A stretch of DNA of 64,000 nt from Candidatus Woesebacteria bacterium (GCA_035402805.1 DAONDY010000001.1:253672-317671), one strand, 5' to 3'; positions 1 through 10,127 are shown, numbered from the stretch's first letter. A program made the numbers and translations. Notes: generated by a model not told the origin, from the sequence alone.

Positions 1-1
1 T

Positions 2-994
2 AGATACGAAGCCGCTTGTGCCTCTGGTTCTGTTGCTATAGATGCCGCTTCATCAAAGATAAAAACAGGGGATTATGACGTTGCAATTGTTTTAGGAATC
101 GAATTAATGAAAACTGTAGATTCACAAATTGGAGGAGATTTTTTAGGTACTGCCGCATATTACCAAAAAGAGGCTAAAAATATAAGTTTTCCTTTTCCTA
201 AACTTTTTGGTCAATTAGCTGATGTTTATATTAAAAAATATTCTTTAGATGAAAAAAGATATCTAAACTGTTTATCTAAAATTTCAGCTATCAATTACGA
301 TAATGCCAAAAAAAATCCTAACGCTCAAACCAGAAGTTGGTTTATGAACGAAGAACATGCTGAAAACCGTAATAGTAAAAGCAACATGTTAGTTGGAGGC
401 AAGTTAGCCATTGCTGATTGTTCGCAAGTCACTGACGGAGCTGCCGTTGTCGTTTTGTGTTCCAAAAAATATTTATCAGAATACAAAACAAAAAGAAAAC
501 TAACTAATAAAAATTTCTCCGAAATTACTGGTTGGGGACATCGAGTTGCTCCCATTCAGTTCTCCGAAAAAATAAAAGAATCTAAAGATAGTCCTTTTGT
601 TTTACCATGGACAAGACAAGCTGTATTAGACGCTCTAAAAAGAGCTAATCTTAAAGAAAAGGAGATTGATGTTTACGAAACTCACGACTGTTTCACTTCA
701 AGTGAATATGCTGCCATATCTGCTTTTGGACTAACAAAACCAGGAGAAGAATACAAAGCAATCGAAAATGGTTTGATTAGTTTTAATGGCAAAAAACCAA
801 TAAATCCAAGTGGTGGATTAATTGGTTGCGGTCATCCAGTCGGTGCTACAGGAGTTAGAATGTTACTCGATTTACATAAACAAATAACTAAAACAGCTGG
901 TAATTATCAAGTCAAAAAAGCTAATCACGCCATGATGTTAAACATCGGTGGATCAGCAACTACGAATTTTGTATTTATAGTAAGCAAACTATAA
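2..994 (+). CDS. Thiolase family protein (SCP2-type acetyl-CoA acyltransferase), 5'-truncated by the window edge
   Basis: The frame is open from base 2 and reads [10 protein letters not shown] (catalytic Cys motif) upstream of the tracked ATG at 107. HDCF and GHPVGATG motifs are present. Confidence 0.9.
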   Translation, partial: RYEAACASGSVAIDAASSKIKTGDYDVAIVLGIELMKTVDSQIGGDFLGTAAYYQKEAKNISFPFPKLFGQLADVYIKKYSLDEKRYLNCLSKISAINYDNAKKNPNAQTRSWFMNEEHAENRNSKSNMLVGGKLAIADCSQVTDGAAVVVLCSKKYLSEYKTKRKLTNKNFSEITGWGHRVAPIQFSEKIKESKDSPFVLPWTRQAVLDALKRANLKEKEIDVYETHDCFTSSEYAAISAFGLTKPGEEYKAIENGLISFNGKKPINPSGGLIGCGHPVGATGVRMLLDLHKQITKTAGNYQVKKANHAMMLNIGGSATTNFVFIVSKL

Positions 995-1069
995 TCTAAC
1001 CTTTTCCCCATTTCCTTCCTCAACACCAAAACTATTTTGTATTTATGCTAACATTTTGTATCTAACCCT

Positions 1070-1732
1070 ATGTCTAGCAAAATTAAAAAAATAATCTTTT
1101 CCCTTCTTGCCATAGTCTTGTCCATTCTAGTCTATTTTTATCAACAAATTAAGACATACCAAAAACAACAAGATTTAATTTTAGTAACTGAAGTTTTGGA
1201 TGGAGATACTTTAGTAATCGCCCCCAACCAAAGTATCAGATTGGCCAACATTGACACTCCCGAAATCAATTTATGCCTTGGTCAAAACGCTAAAGACTTT
1301 TTAACAAATTTAATCCTTAATAAAAGAGTTAACATTGTAAGTGTTGGCAGAGATGCTTATAAAAGAACTATAGCTCTAATTTATTTACCAGATGGTCAAC
1401 TAGTTAACGAAATTGTGGCTTTAAATGGAATGGGTATCTACACCAGCACTAATACTAAGGAAAAAGAAAAAATAAATTTAGCAATAGAATCTGCCAGAGA
1501 TAAAAAGATTGGCATCTTTAGCCAAGTTTGTTCTCAAACAGAAAACATTGATAATTCTAAATGCAATATCAAAGGCAACATTGGTAAACATGACAGAGAA
1601 AAATATTACCATTTGCCCGAATGTGCTGAATACAATCGAACCGTGGTTGAACTACATCTAGGTGAAAAATGGTTTTGTAATGAAAAAGAAGCCATCGAGT
1701 CTGGATATAAAAAGTCTAAAAATTGTCCTTAA
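1070..1732 (+). CDS. Thermonuclease (SNase-like) with N-terminal TM anchor and Cys-containing C-terminal domain
   Basis: DGDTL, IRLANIDTPE and GRDAYKRT motifs; C-terminal IKGNI..YHLP..WFC..EA segment. Confidence 0.85.
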   Translation: MSSKIKKIIFSLLAIVLSILVYFYQQIKTYQKQQDLILVTEVLDGDTLVIAPNQSIRLANIDTPEINLCLGQNAKDFLTNLILNKRVNIVSVGRDAYKRTIALIYLPDGQLVNEIVALNGMGIYTSTNTKEKEKINLAIESARDKKIGIFSQVCSQTENIDNSKCNIKGNIGKHDREKYYHLPECAEYNRTVVELHLGEKWFCNEKEAIESGYKKSKNCP

Positions 1733-2394
1733 GCTTTTATAAAGCAGGCCTCTCCAAGCATACCCGCCATCAATCCCTCTGTTTTTTCTAAGATCACAAC
1801 AACACTAAAGATTCCCGCCTTCTTATTTGAATAGGGGAGTATTAATTTAGTTTTTCCTTTCAATTTCTCTCCGACTGAAGTCAGTGAAATTTCCATCTCT
1901 TTCTCTTCTTCAAATTTAGATAAATCATCTTGACTTATTTCAAACTCAAAATAAAAAGAAGCGGTATCTAATATTTTAAAAGGGGAAGAGGCTGGAGAAA
2001 CATAAAGCCCAGCAACGATATCGCTGTCATCAACAACAACCCCACTTACTGGCGAAAATAATTCAACTTGATCCAATTTTGCCTTGGCCAGCTCCACTGA
2101 TCTGACACTTAAATCCAACGAGGCTTGTTTTTGTTTTTTTGAAAATCTACCCAGATCATCACTTGGTTCGCCTGCCTTAAGTCCATAGGCGTCAAAATCA
2201 GCTCTTACCTTTTCATAATCTAAAAGCTCACAGTCTAACTCTTTTTGTAAAACATTTTTGTCAAGACTAGCTATTAAATTTCCTTTTGAAACTATATCTC
2301 CACTTCTTTTGGCCACGTGTGACACCATTCCAGACGTGGCAAATCTAACTTCTACAATTCTTGCTTTTATTTCACCTTTGTATATATCAGCCAT
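1729..2394 (-). CDS. HlyD/RND-type periplasmic adaptor-like protein
   Basis: Lipoyl-like halves (SGMVSHV..GDIVSKG; SPVSGVV) around a coiled coil. Confidence 0.7.
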   Translation of the reverse strand: MADIYKGEIKARIVEVRFATSGMVSHVAKRSGDIVSKGNLIASLDKNVLQKELDCELLDYEKVRADFDAYGLKAGEPSDDLGRFSKKQKQASLDLSVRSVELAKAKLDQVELFSPVSGVVVDDSDIVAGLYVSPASSPFKILDTASFYFEFEISQDDLSKFEEEKEMEISLTSVGEKLKGKTKLILPYSNKKAGIFSVVVILEKTEGLMAGMLGEACFIKA

Positions 2395-2472
2395 ACTAAA
2401 AAATTATAACAAATATTACATTTTAAATAATAGATAAATATGTGCGGTTATGATCTATAATCAATTATCTTT

Positions 2473-4194
2473 ATGATAAAAAAAATCTCCCCCTTTTTCA
2501 CTTTTTTTATTCCTTTTATTTTTTCTTTTCTCTCTCAACGTCTAGTCATTGGCAGGGGATATGAATTCACTCAAAATAATATCTCTATTATTTTGATTAA
2601 TTACGTACTTTGGTTAGGCATTTATCTCTTTTTTATTTCCATTTTCAAAAAAAATTACCAATCAATTTTTGGCTTTTTAATTTTCTTTATAATTTTTACT
2701 CTTGCCAATCGTTATAAAAGCAAACTTTTAAATCAACCAGTAACTGCCAATGATTTTTATCTTTTAAAAAATCTTCTTATATTTTTACCTGATATTTTTA
2801 ACCAGCCAAACATCAAAAAAGAATTAATTGCTTCCGTAATTGCTCTATTTTTCTTTTTTTTCGCTATCAAAAAAATCTTTTATTTTCAAAACCCATCCAT
2901 AAAAATAAAATTATTTCTATTACCATTATCAATTTTTATCTTAACTTTTTCTTTTTTCTTTCCTAATAAATTCAATCTTCTTATTTCTGACATTGGGATA
3001 AACCCTGATGTTTCCAATCCCATGAACAGTTGTAAACAAAATGGTGCTTTATTTTGTTTTTATGATGATTTAAAAAAAATTAAAAATCCTGCTCCTAAAA
3101 ATTACAATCAATCCACCATTCAGCAAATTTACTCAAATATAAAACTTGATGAACTTTATAAACTTGATGAACTTTCAACTAAACCTAATATCATTGTCGT
3201 TCTTTCTGAAGCTCTTTGGGATCCGACTCTTTTATCAAACGTTAAAATTACCCAAGATCCAATTAAAAATATTAGACCCGATATCAAGTCCACCTTAATT
3301 TCTCCTACTTATGGTGGAGGCACTGCTAATGTGGAATTTGAAATTGCCACTGGTTTAAGTGCTTATTTTTTAACCGGCAAAATTGCTTACAGTCAATCCA
3401 TTCGCCAGGATATGCCTAGTATTTTTTCTTTATTTGAAGAAAATGGTTATTCAACTGCCGCCATTCATCCTTTCGTCAAATCCACTTATAATCGCACCAC
3501 TGTTTACAAGCATTTTGGTGTCGATAAATTTATCGGAGTTGAAGATATGAAGAATTACGAAAAAGCCGGGCCTTTTGTTTCCGATAAATCTTTTGCCCAA
3601 GAAATCATCAAACAATTAAATTCAACTGATCAGCCTCAATTTATTTTTACTTTATCCATGCAAAATCACTTTCCTTTTGAAGCCGATCGTTTTTCTGAAC
3701 ATCCAATTGATTTTTCCAGCAACCTCGACACTGAAAGTCATAAATCTCTCCAGAGTTATATTGATGGAATAAATTTAAGCGATAAATCTTATCAGGATTT
3801 AAAAACAGAAATTGAAAAATCAAAAAAACCAACAATTCTAATCGTTTATGGCGACCATCTTCCTTTGCTCGGCGATGATTTTGACATTTATAAAAAAACT
3901 GGCTTTTACCAAGATAATGATTTAAAAATGTATTCCACTCCTGTTGCCATTTGGTCAAACTTTAAAACAAATTTAGATTTACCAAAATTAATCAGTCCTA
4001 ACTTTTTATCCTTAGAAATATTAAAATTAGCCCAAATAAAACCAAAATATCAATATTCTTTTTTAGAAAGTATTGAAAAAACCGATACTGTTTTAAAACA
4101 AAACTTTTCTACAAAATTAACCAAAGAACAACTAGAAAATTACGAACTTATTCAATATGACCTTGTTTCAGGTAAAAAATACGGAATAAAATAG
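2473..4194 (+). CDS. LTA synthase (LtaS)/sulfatase family membrane protein
   Basis: N-terminal TM helices; PNIIVVLSEALWD, GGGTANVEFE, SMQNH and YGDH motifs. Confidence 0.85.
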   Translation: MIKKISPFFTFFIPFIFSFLSQRLVIGRGYEFTQNNISIILINYVLWLGIYLFFISIFKKNYQSIFGFLIFFIIFTLANRYKSKLLNQPVTANDFYLLKNLLIFLPDIFNQPNIKKELIASVIALFFFFFAIKKIFYFQNPSIKIKLFLLPLSIFILTFSFFFPNKFNLLISDIGINPDVSNPMNSCKQNGALFCFYDDLKKIKNPAPKNYNQSTIQQIYSNIKLDELYKLDELSTKPNIIVVLSEALWDPTLLSNVKITQDPIKNIRPDIKSTLISPTYGGGTANVEFEIATGLSAYFLTGKIAYSQSIRQDMPSIFSLFEENGYSTAAIHPFVKSTYNRTTVYKHFGVDKFIGVEDMKNYEKAGPFVSDKSFAQEIIKQLNSTDQPQFIFTLSMQNHFPFEADRFSEHPIDFSSNLDTESHKSLQSYIDGINLSDKSYQDLKTEIEKSKKPTILIVYGDHLPLLGDDFDIYKKTGFYQDNDLKMYSTPVAIWSNFKTNLDLPKLISPNFLSLEILKLAQIKPKYQYSFLESIEKTDTVLKQNFSTKLTKEQLENYELIQYDLVSGKKYGIK

Positions 4195-4224
4195 TTAAAA
4201 GTTAAAAGTCGAAAGTTTATCAAG
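4193..4224. repeat. Short AAGTT-unit array, inverted relative to 4592-4633
   Basis: AGTTAAAAGTTAAAAGTCGAAAGTTTATCAAGT. Confidence 0.7.
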
Positions 4225-4234
4225 TAAAAACAAA

Positions 4235-4579
4235 TTATAATTTTTTAATTAAACCAGAAATTATCTTAGAAATTTCTATAGATTTTGTATAAAAATTATT
4301 AAAATCGCTATTTGAAATATAATTTAAAGATAAAGCCAAATAAAGCATTGATCTTACCTCTCCACAAGAACCTTTTGATATAAACAAAAATTTTTTAAAA
4401 TCTTTATTAGTCTCTTTTTCATATCCTTCAGCAATATTATTCATAATTGAAACAGCTGCTCTTAATATTTGATCTTTAAACGAATAATCTTTACAAAAAA
4501 TAAAATTTTTATAGATATCTAAAACAAAAACTTTAGCCTTTTGCCAAACTAAAATATCTTCAAATCTCTCTATCGTCAT
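4235..4579 (-). CDS. Four helix bundle protein (23S rRNA intervening-sequence protein / Avd-like family)
   Basis: FEDILVWQKA..DQILRAAVSIMNNIAEG..FLFISKGSCGEVRS signature. ATG at 4579 preferred. Confidence 0.9.
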   Translation of the reverse strand: MTIERFEDILVWQKAKVFVLDIYKNFIFCKDYSFKDQILRAAVSIMNNIAEGYEKETNKDFKKFLFISKGSCGEVRSMLYLALSLNYISNSDFNNFYTKSIEISKIISGLIKKL

Positions 4580-4591
4580 GTAAAATTGTAA

Positions 4592-4633
4592 CAAACTTTA
4601 CAAACTTTACAAACTTTCAACTTGATGAACTTT
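4592..4633. repeat. Short AAACTTT(A/C)-unit tandem array
   Basis: AAACTTTAC AAACTTTAC AAACTTTCAACTTGATGAACTTT. Confidence 0.75.
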
Positions 4634-4783
4634 TTTGTGCTAAAATACCACTACTATCAAGCAAAAGCGCTTTGTAGTAGGTTCTTTAAAAGCAAAGGGA
4701 AGGGAGGCAGCCAATAATGTCACCATAGCTTCTAGTGTTTCTCAAACCAATTCACCTCAAAAGACAGAAGGGAAGGTATCAGA

Positions 4784-4975
4784 ATGGGAAACAGTTCTCA
4801 AAGGGTTAACCGTTTGCAAAAGCTGTTAAAAAAGAGAGGTCCTATGACATTGGAACAAATTTCTGATGAGACAGGTATGAGATACAACCGATGCAGAAGG
4901 ATTTTGAAGCAAAATTTTTTTCAAGTAGAAATCGGGAGCAACAAAAAATGGGCTGTAAGTCAGTTAGATAAATAA
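4784..4975 (+). CDS. Small winged-HTH-like hypothetical protein
   Basis: LLKKRGPMTLEQISDETGM HTH-like pattern; GGAAGG SD upstream; hairpin terminator downstream. Confidence 0.55.
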   Translation: MGNSSQRVNRLQKLLKKRGPMTLEQISDETGMRYNRCRRILKQNFFQVEIGSNKKWAVSQLDK

Positions 4976-4995
4976 CACCTTCTTCCTTTGAAACA

Positions 4996-5045
4996 AAAAG
5001 CCGACAGGTTTATGTATTTTTTTATTCTCTGCCGGCTTTTCTTTT
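4996..5045 (+). terminator. Probable intrinsic terminator
   Basis: AAAAGCCG..CGGCTTTT stem followed by a T-run. Confidence 0.5.
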
Positions 5046-5080
5046 GGTAAAAATTTGAAATTATATTAACTTATCTTTTT

Positions 5081-5120
5081 CCCCTCATTTCCTCAAGGGA
5101 GGGGATCAGAAGGGTGGGTT
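5081..5120. repeat. REP-like palindromic element (CCCCTC..GAGGGG..GGGTGG)
   Basis: CCCCTCATTTCCTCAAGGGAGGGGATCAGAAGGGTGGGTT; a related copy lies at 14494-14532. Confidence 0.55.
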
Positions 5121-5141
5121 TTATATGTTATATTATTCCAT

Positions 5142-6437
5142 ATGAACAAAATCGCAGTTGTTGGAGTCGGTTATGTCGGCTTAGTTACTAGCACCTGTTT
5201 TGCCGAACTTGGAAATAAAGTTATCGGAGTTGATATTAATCAAAAAAAAATCAGTAATTTAAACAAAGGTATTATTCCTATCTACGAAAAAGGGTTAACC
5301 GAGTTGGTTAGAAAAAACTATAGTTCAGGTAATTTATCTTTTACCACTGATATTAATAAAGCCGTTAAAGCTTCAGATATTATTTTTGTTGCTGTTGGCA
5401 CCCCGCCAATGCCAGATGGCAGTGTTAATTTGGAATATGTTAAAGCTGCTGCCGAATCGATTGGTAAAGCCATGAATGGTTATAAAGTGATTATAAATAA
5501 GTCAACTGTTCCCATTGGCACTGGCAGTTTTGTTGAAAGAATTATTCAGCAAAATTATAAAGGTAAATTTGATATCGTTTCTAATCCTGAATTTTTAAGA
5601 GAGGGGAGCGCTGTTAGTGATTTTATGCATCCCGATCGAATTGTCATCGGCACTAGTTCTAAAAAAGCCAGGAAAATTGTCAATGAACTTTATGCCCCTC
5701 AAAACTCAACTATTGTTAATACCAACACTAAAACTGCTGAACTGATTAAATATGCCTCCAATGCCTTCTTAGCCACTGAAATTTCCTTTATAAACTCTAT
5801 TGCCAACATTTGTGAAAAAATTGGCGCCAATATTACTAAAGTTTCCAAAGGAATGAGACTTGATAACAGAATTGGACCTAAAGCCTTTTTAACCGCTGGA
5901 ATTGGTTACGGTGGCAGCTGTTTTCCCAAAGATGTTAAAGGCTTAATCCAAATTGCTCACGAAAACGGTGTTCGTTTTAGTATTCTTGATGCTGTTGAAG
6001 ACACTAATTTAGCCCAAAAACAATCTCTTTTACCCAAAATTCAATCTCTCCTTGGTGAAGATCTGCATGGTAAAAATATCACCGTTTGGGGATTGGCTTT
6101 TAAACCAAAAACAGATGATGTTCGCGAATCACCATCATTAGTTGTCGTTAGACAACTCCTCGACCGCGATGCCACAGTTACTGTTGTCGATCCAATTGCC
6201 ACTAATCAAGCAAAATTAATTTTAAAAGACACTGTTAAATACGAAAAAGATTTAATCAAATCAGTTACCGGTGCCGATTGTTTAATTATTGCCACTGATT
6301 GGCCAGAATTTAAGGCTATTGATTTAAAACAATTAAAAAAATCAATGAAAAAAACCAATATCGTCGACGGTAGAAATATTTTTAATAAAAGAAAAATAAA
6401 GAAACTTGGTTTTAAATATTTATCTGTTGGTCGATAA
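5142..6437 (+). CDS. ugd: UDP-glucose 6-dehydrogenase
   Basis: GVGYVG, KSTVP, NPEFLREG and GYGGSCFPKD motifs. Confidence 0.95.
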   Translation: MNKIAVVGVGYVGLVTSTCFAELGNKVIGVDINQKKISNLNKGIIPIYEKGLTELVRKNYSSGNLSFTTDINKAVKASDIIFVAVGTPPMPDGSVNLEYVKAAAESIGKAMNGYKVIINKSTVPIGTGSFVERIIQQNYKGKFDIVSNPEFLREGSAVSDFMHPDRIVIGTSSKKARKIVNELYAPQNSTIVNTNTKTAELIKYASNAFLATEISFINSIANICEKIGANITKVSKGMRLDNRIGPKAFLTAGIGYGGSCFPKDVKGLIQIAHENGVRFSILDAVEDTNLAQKQSLLPKIQSLLGEDLHGKNITVWGLAFKPKTDDVRESPSLVVVRQLLDRDATVTVVDPIATNQAKLILKDTVKYEKDLIKSVTGADCLIIATDWPEFKAIDLKQLKKSMKKTNIVDGRNIFNKRKIKKLGFKYLSVGR

Positions 6438-6442
6438 TTTTT

Positions 6443-7951
6443 ATGAAATTCATTAAAAAATATCAACACTTAATAATCGCTTGTTTTTTGTTTTTAATAA
6501 TTTCAATTGTTTATCTCTACAAAATAATTCCTTCTTATAATTATGATTCTGATTTTGGTCGAGATTTAAATGACATTCTCCAAATAACCAGAGGCAAAAT
6601 GTCTTTAATTGGGCCAAAATTAAGTTTTGGCGGAATTCATGCTGGACCGTATTACTATTATCTCTTTGCTCCAGTTTTAAAAATATTCAGCCTTAAACCA
6701 GAATCCATGATTATTTTTAATGCCCTTATTTTCTTGATTATTCTGGCCATTTCTTTTGGAATAATTTTAAAAAGCAATTTAAAGAATAAATATTCTTGGC
6801 TTTTGGGAGCTACTTGGATTTTTCTAAGCCCGTTTATGATTTATTCCGGCAGGAGACCAGGCAATGCTTTTTCCTATCTGGCTTTATTATTTGTTCTTTT
6901 AATAATCTTTCCTTGGGTATTAAACAAAAATAAACTATTTTTAGGATTAATTTACGGATTTTTTGTCGGAGTTGTCATTAACTTTCATCTAATTAATCTT
7001 CTCATCTTTACTCCGCTTATTTTGATTACTTTTGTTTTTTATATCTTTAAAAAGGACTGGAAGAAAATTCTTTTAACTTTCTTAATGTGTTTGGGCATTT
7101 TAATTTCTTTTGGACCGCTTTTACTTTTTGAAGCCCGTCATAATTTTGTCCAATTTAAGAATACTTTTATTGACAAATCCTACATTATGTTTGTTGATAA
7201 TAAAAATCTCGTCGATCCACTCCCAACTTCTTCAAATCGTTTATTAAATTTTTGGTTGCTTCAAAAACATTTCACTACTTGGTCTCAAATTTCTTTTTTA
7301 GTTCTTTTTATCCTAACTATAGTTCTTTTAATAATTAGATGGAAAAAAATCGATTTTCCAACCAAAATTTATATTTTTTCCTCTCTCTTTGCTTTTATCT
7401 TATTAGTACTTATAGCTAAATCACAAGTCGCCATCCACTACTTCTTTCCTTTTATTCTAGCTATCCAGGTCTCCTTAATAATTTTAATTAGCAATTTATC
7501 TCCCAAAATTTCTTCCAAAATATTTTTATTATTTTTAATAATCAGTTTAATAAAATTCCCTAAATGGTTTTATAGTCCAGTCACTAGAACCATTGATAAT
7601 TATCGAAATTTTACTAATAAGTTAACTTCTTCTGACTTATTTAAAAACATTGATTCTCAAATTAATGTCTTTTGCGCCCGAGAAACTCCAGTTGCTATTC
7701 TTGGCTGGGAATATCGTTATTTTATGGAATTAAACGGTTATAAGGTGTTAGCCCCAACATTATTTAATCAAGCCAATCAACTCTTGATTATTAAAGAAGC
7801 CAGAAATTCAGATAATATTGATTCCCTAAAATCTTGGGAATTAGACGAATTTGGACCAAGGGTTCTAAATAAAACTATTGAGATTGACGGCCGAAAGATT
7901 TTTTTGTTCGATAAAAAAACATCATCAACACCAAAACAACAAACTCGCTGA
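6443..7951 (+). CDS. GT-C fold membrane glycosyltransferase (ArnT/PMT-like)
   Basis: Polytopic; DFGRD, LIGPK and GPYYYY motifs in the first loop. Confidence 0.7.
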   Translation: MKFIKKYQHLIIACFLFLIISIVYLYKIIPSYNYDSDFGRDLNDILQITRGKMSLIGPKLSFGGIHAGPYYYYLFAPVLKIFSLKPESMIIFNALIFLIILAISFGIILKSNLKNKYSWLLGATWIFLSPFMIYSGRRPGNAFSYLALLFVLLIIFPWVLNKNKLFLGLIYGFFVGVVINFHLINLLIFTPLILITFVFYIFKKDWKKILLTFLMCLGILISFGPLLLFEARHNFVQFKNTFIDKSYIMFVDNKNLVDPLPTSSNRLLNFWLLQKHFTTWSQISFLVLFILTIVLLIIRWKKIDFPTKIYIFSSLFAFILLVLIAKSQVAIHYFFPFILAIQVSLIILISNLSPKISSKIFLLFLIISLIKFPKWFYSPVTRTIDNYRNFTNKLTSSDLFKNIDSQINVFCARETPVAILGWEYRYFMELNGYKVLAPTLFNQANQLLIIKEARNSDNIDSLKSWELDEFGPRVLNKTIEIDGRKIFLFDKKTSSTPKQQTR

Positions 7952-9119
7952 TCACCAAACTCCAACCGCCTTGGACAAATCCTAATTTAGGAATTAAGAA
8001 ATAATTTATTGTTAAATTAAACAAAGTTCCTATTAGAATTGACCAAAAAACCATATTCTGTTTATGTTTTATCACCAATAAATTTCCCATAAAAACCCTA
8101 AAATAATTAATCACTCCCGACCAAACTAATAAGCTCATGACTTTAGCCGCCACCATGAATGATTGGCCATAAATTAACTTCATAATTAGTTCTCTTTGCC
8201 AAGTAATAACTATAGCCAATGGTATTAACCCCAAAAGAGACAATATGGTTACTAATTTGATTATTTTTTTGGCTGTATCTTCCTTGTTTTCATGAAATAA
8301 AATTGTCAGTCTGGGAAAAACCACATAATTGACCACATTAATGCTCTGAAAAGCAAACAATATTTTATAAGCAGTCTGATAAAAACCGACTTGATCATTA
8401 CCAAAATATCGGCCAATTAACAAAGTATCATTATTGGCATAAATAACCATTGCTGCCGTCATTCCCAAAAGTGGCAACGTTTCTTTAATTATTTCTTTCC
8501 AAAAACTGAAATCAAAAATTATTTTAATTTTTATTTTTAATAAATATGATTGCCAGATTCCCACCATTATTGTCAACACGGCTGACATTCCATACCCCAA
8601 AACTAAATTTATAGCACTTCCATTATTTTTAATTACCAACAAAGCAGAAACTAAAACTCCAACATAAAAAACCATTCTATTTAAAAACACCATTTCCATT
8701 CTTTCCCAAGCCTGAAAAATAGAAATAAAAAGTGTTTGAAAACCCTGAATTAAGCTATAAATCAAGGTCGCCACCAATAATTCAATTGAAACTGGTTTGT
8801 TAACAAACAAAAATGAAGCCGCAAAAAATAGTCCAATTACTAACGATAAAAGCAGTTTTAAACCAATTAAATTTCCTAAATATTTTTCGCTTAAATCTTT
8901 ACGCTTGGCCACTTCTCTAGTGGTAATTGTTGATAAACCAAAATCTGCCAAAATCATAAAAATAGATACATAAGCAGAAGCCAAATTGAAAGCTCCAAAT
9001 TCCTTTGCTCCCCAATATCTGACCAAACCAACAACTACAAAAAACAATAAAATCTTAGAAAAAAATTCAACTGCCCCCAACCAAAAAACATTTTTTATTA
9101 ATATCTTTTTATTAGACAT
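7875..9119 (-). CDS. Wzx-type oligosaccharide flippase
   Basis: About 12 TM; KNVFWL..RYWG..FG..DFGLST pattern. Start placed at MSNKK. Confidence 0.85.
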   Translation of the reverse strand: MSNKKILIKNVFWLGAVEFFSKILLFFVVVGLVRYWGAKEFGAFNLASAYVSIFMILADFGLSTITTREVAKRKDLSEKYLGNLIGLKLLLSLVIGLFFAASFLFVNKPVSIELLVATLIYSLIQGFQTLFISIFQAWERMEMVFLNRMVFYVGVLVSALLVIKNNGSAINLVLGYGMSAVLTIMVGIWQSYLLKIKIKIIFDFSFWKEIIKETLPLLGMTAAMVIYANNDTLLIGRYFGNDQVGFYQTAYKILFAFQSINVVNYVVFPRLTILFHENKEDTAKKIIKLVTILSLLGLIPLAIVITWQRELIMKLIYGQSFMVAAKVMSLLVWSGVINYFRVFMGNLLVIKHKQNMVFWSILIGTLFNLTINYFLIPKLGFVQGGWSLVISEFVVLVLMMFFYRTKKSFGRQSQ

Positions 9120-10089
9120 TCTTTTTAAATTGTTTGTGCCAATTCCAAGCACTGGTCATTATGGTTTTCAAATCAAAATATTTGGGTTCCCATTTTAAAA
9201 TTTCTTTAGCCTTCTTGGAATCAGCAATAAGCTCTGGAGGATCACCAGCTCGCCTATCTTTAGGTGTAACTTTAAAATCAATCCCCGTAACTTCTTTTGC
9301 CATATCAATAACCTCTTTAACTGAAAATCCTTTACCATTTCCCAAGTTAAAACAGTCACTTTTACCACCCTCCATTAGGTATTTAAGCGCCAAAACATGA
9401 GCCTCGGCTAAATCAGTCACATGAATGTAATCACGAATACAGGTACCATCTGGAGTTGGATAATCAGTTCCAAAAATTCCAATTTCCTCTCTAGCCCCAA
9501 TGGCGGCATCAAGAGTTAAGGGGATTAGATTTGAACTGCTTCCTTGCCATTCTCCGGTTTCACTTTCTAAATCAGCTCCACAAGCATTGAAATATCTCAA
9601 AGCCACATATCTGAAATCATAAGCCGTTGAATAGTCGCGCATGATATGTTCCACCATTAATTTTGTTTCTCCATAAGGATTAATTGGAGATTGTGGGTGT
9701 TTTTCATCAATTGGAATATATTGAGGATTGCCGAATGTTGCTGCTGACGAAGAAAAGATAAATTTATTGACATTATTTTCTCTCATCACTTTAAATAAAT
9801 TTAAAGTATTAGCCACATTATTTAAATAATATTTTTGCGGGTCAACCACCGATTCTCCCACTGCTTTAAAAGCGGCAAAATGTAAAACTGCTTCGATTGG
9901 ATATTTTTTAAAAACTTCTCTGATATTTTCTATGTTTCCCAAATCACCCTCAAAAAATTCACCCCATTTAACTAATTCTTTTTTACCACTCGATAAATTA
10001 TCAAAAACAACAGTTTTAAATCCTTGTTCAGTTAATTCTTTATTTATGTGGGATCCGATATATCCCGCTCCGCCAACAATCAAAATCAT
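9112..10089 (-). CDS. galE: UDP-glucose 4-epimerase
   Basis: GGAGYIGSH, YGETK, LRYFNACG and DGTCIRDYIHV motifs. Confidence 0.95.
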   Translation of the reverse strand: MILIVGGAGYIGSHINKELTEQGFKTVVFDNLSSGKKELVKWGEFFEGDLGNIENIREVFKKYPIEAVLHFAAFKAVGESVVDPQKYYLNNVANTLNLFKVMRENNVNKFIFSSSAATFGNPQYIPIDEKHPQSPINPYGETKLMVEHIMRDYSTAYDFRYVALRYFNACGADLESETGEWQGSSSNLIPLTLDAAIGAREEIGIFGTDYPTPDGTCIRDYIHVTDLAEAHVLALKYLMEGGKSDCFNLGNGKGFSVKEVIDMAKEVTGIDFKVTPKDRRAGDPPELIADSKKAKEILKWEPKYFDLKTIMTSAWNWHKQFKKNV

Positions 10090-10127
10090 AGAAATATTAT
10101 TAATTTTTAATTACTAAATTTTACCAT

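Noticed and set aside
4235-4579. Diversity-generating retroelement suggested by the Avd-like gene
   Set aside because: No reverse transcriptase in the window, and I saw no TR/VR pair differing at adenines.
4592-4633. CRISPR array
   Set aside because: Units are 7-9 nt with no unique spacers, and there are no cas genes.
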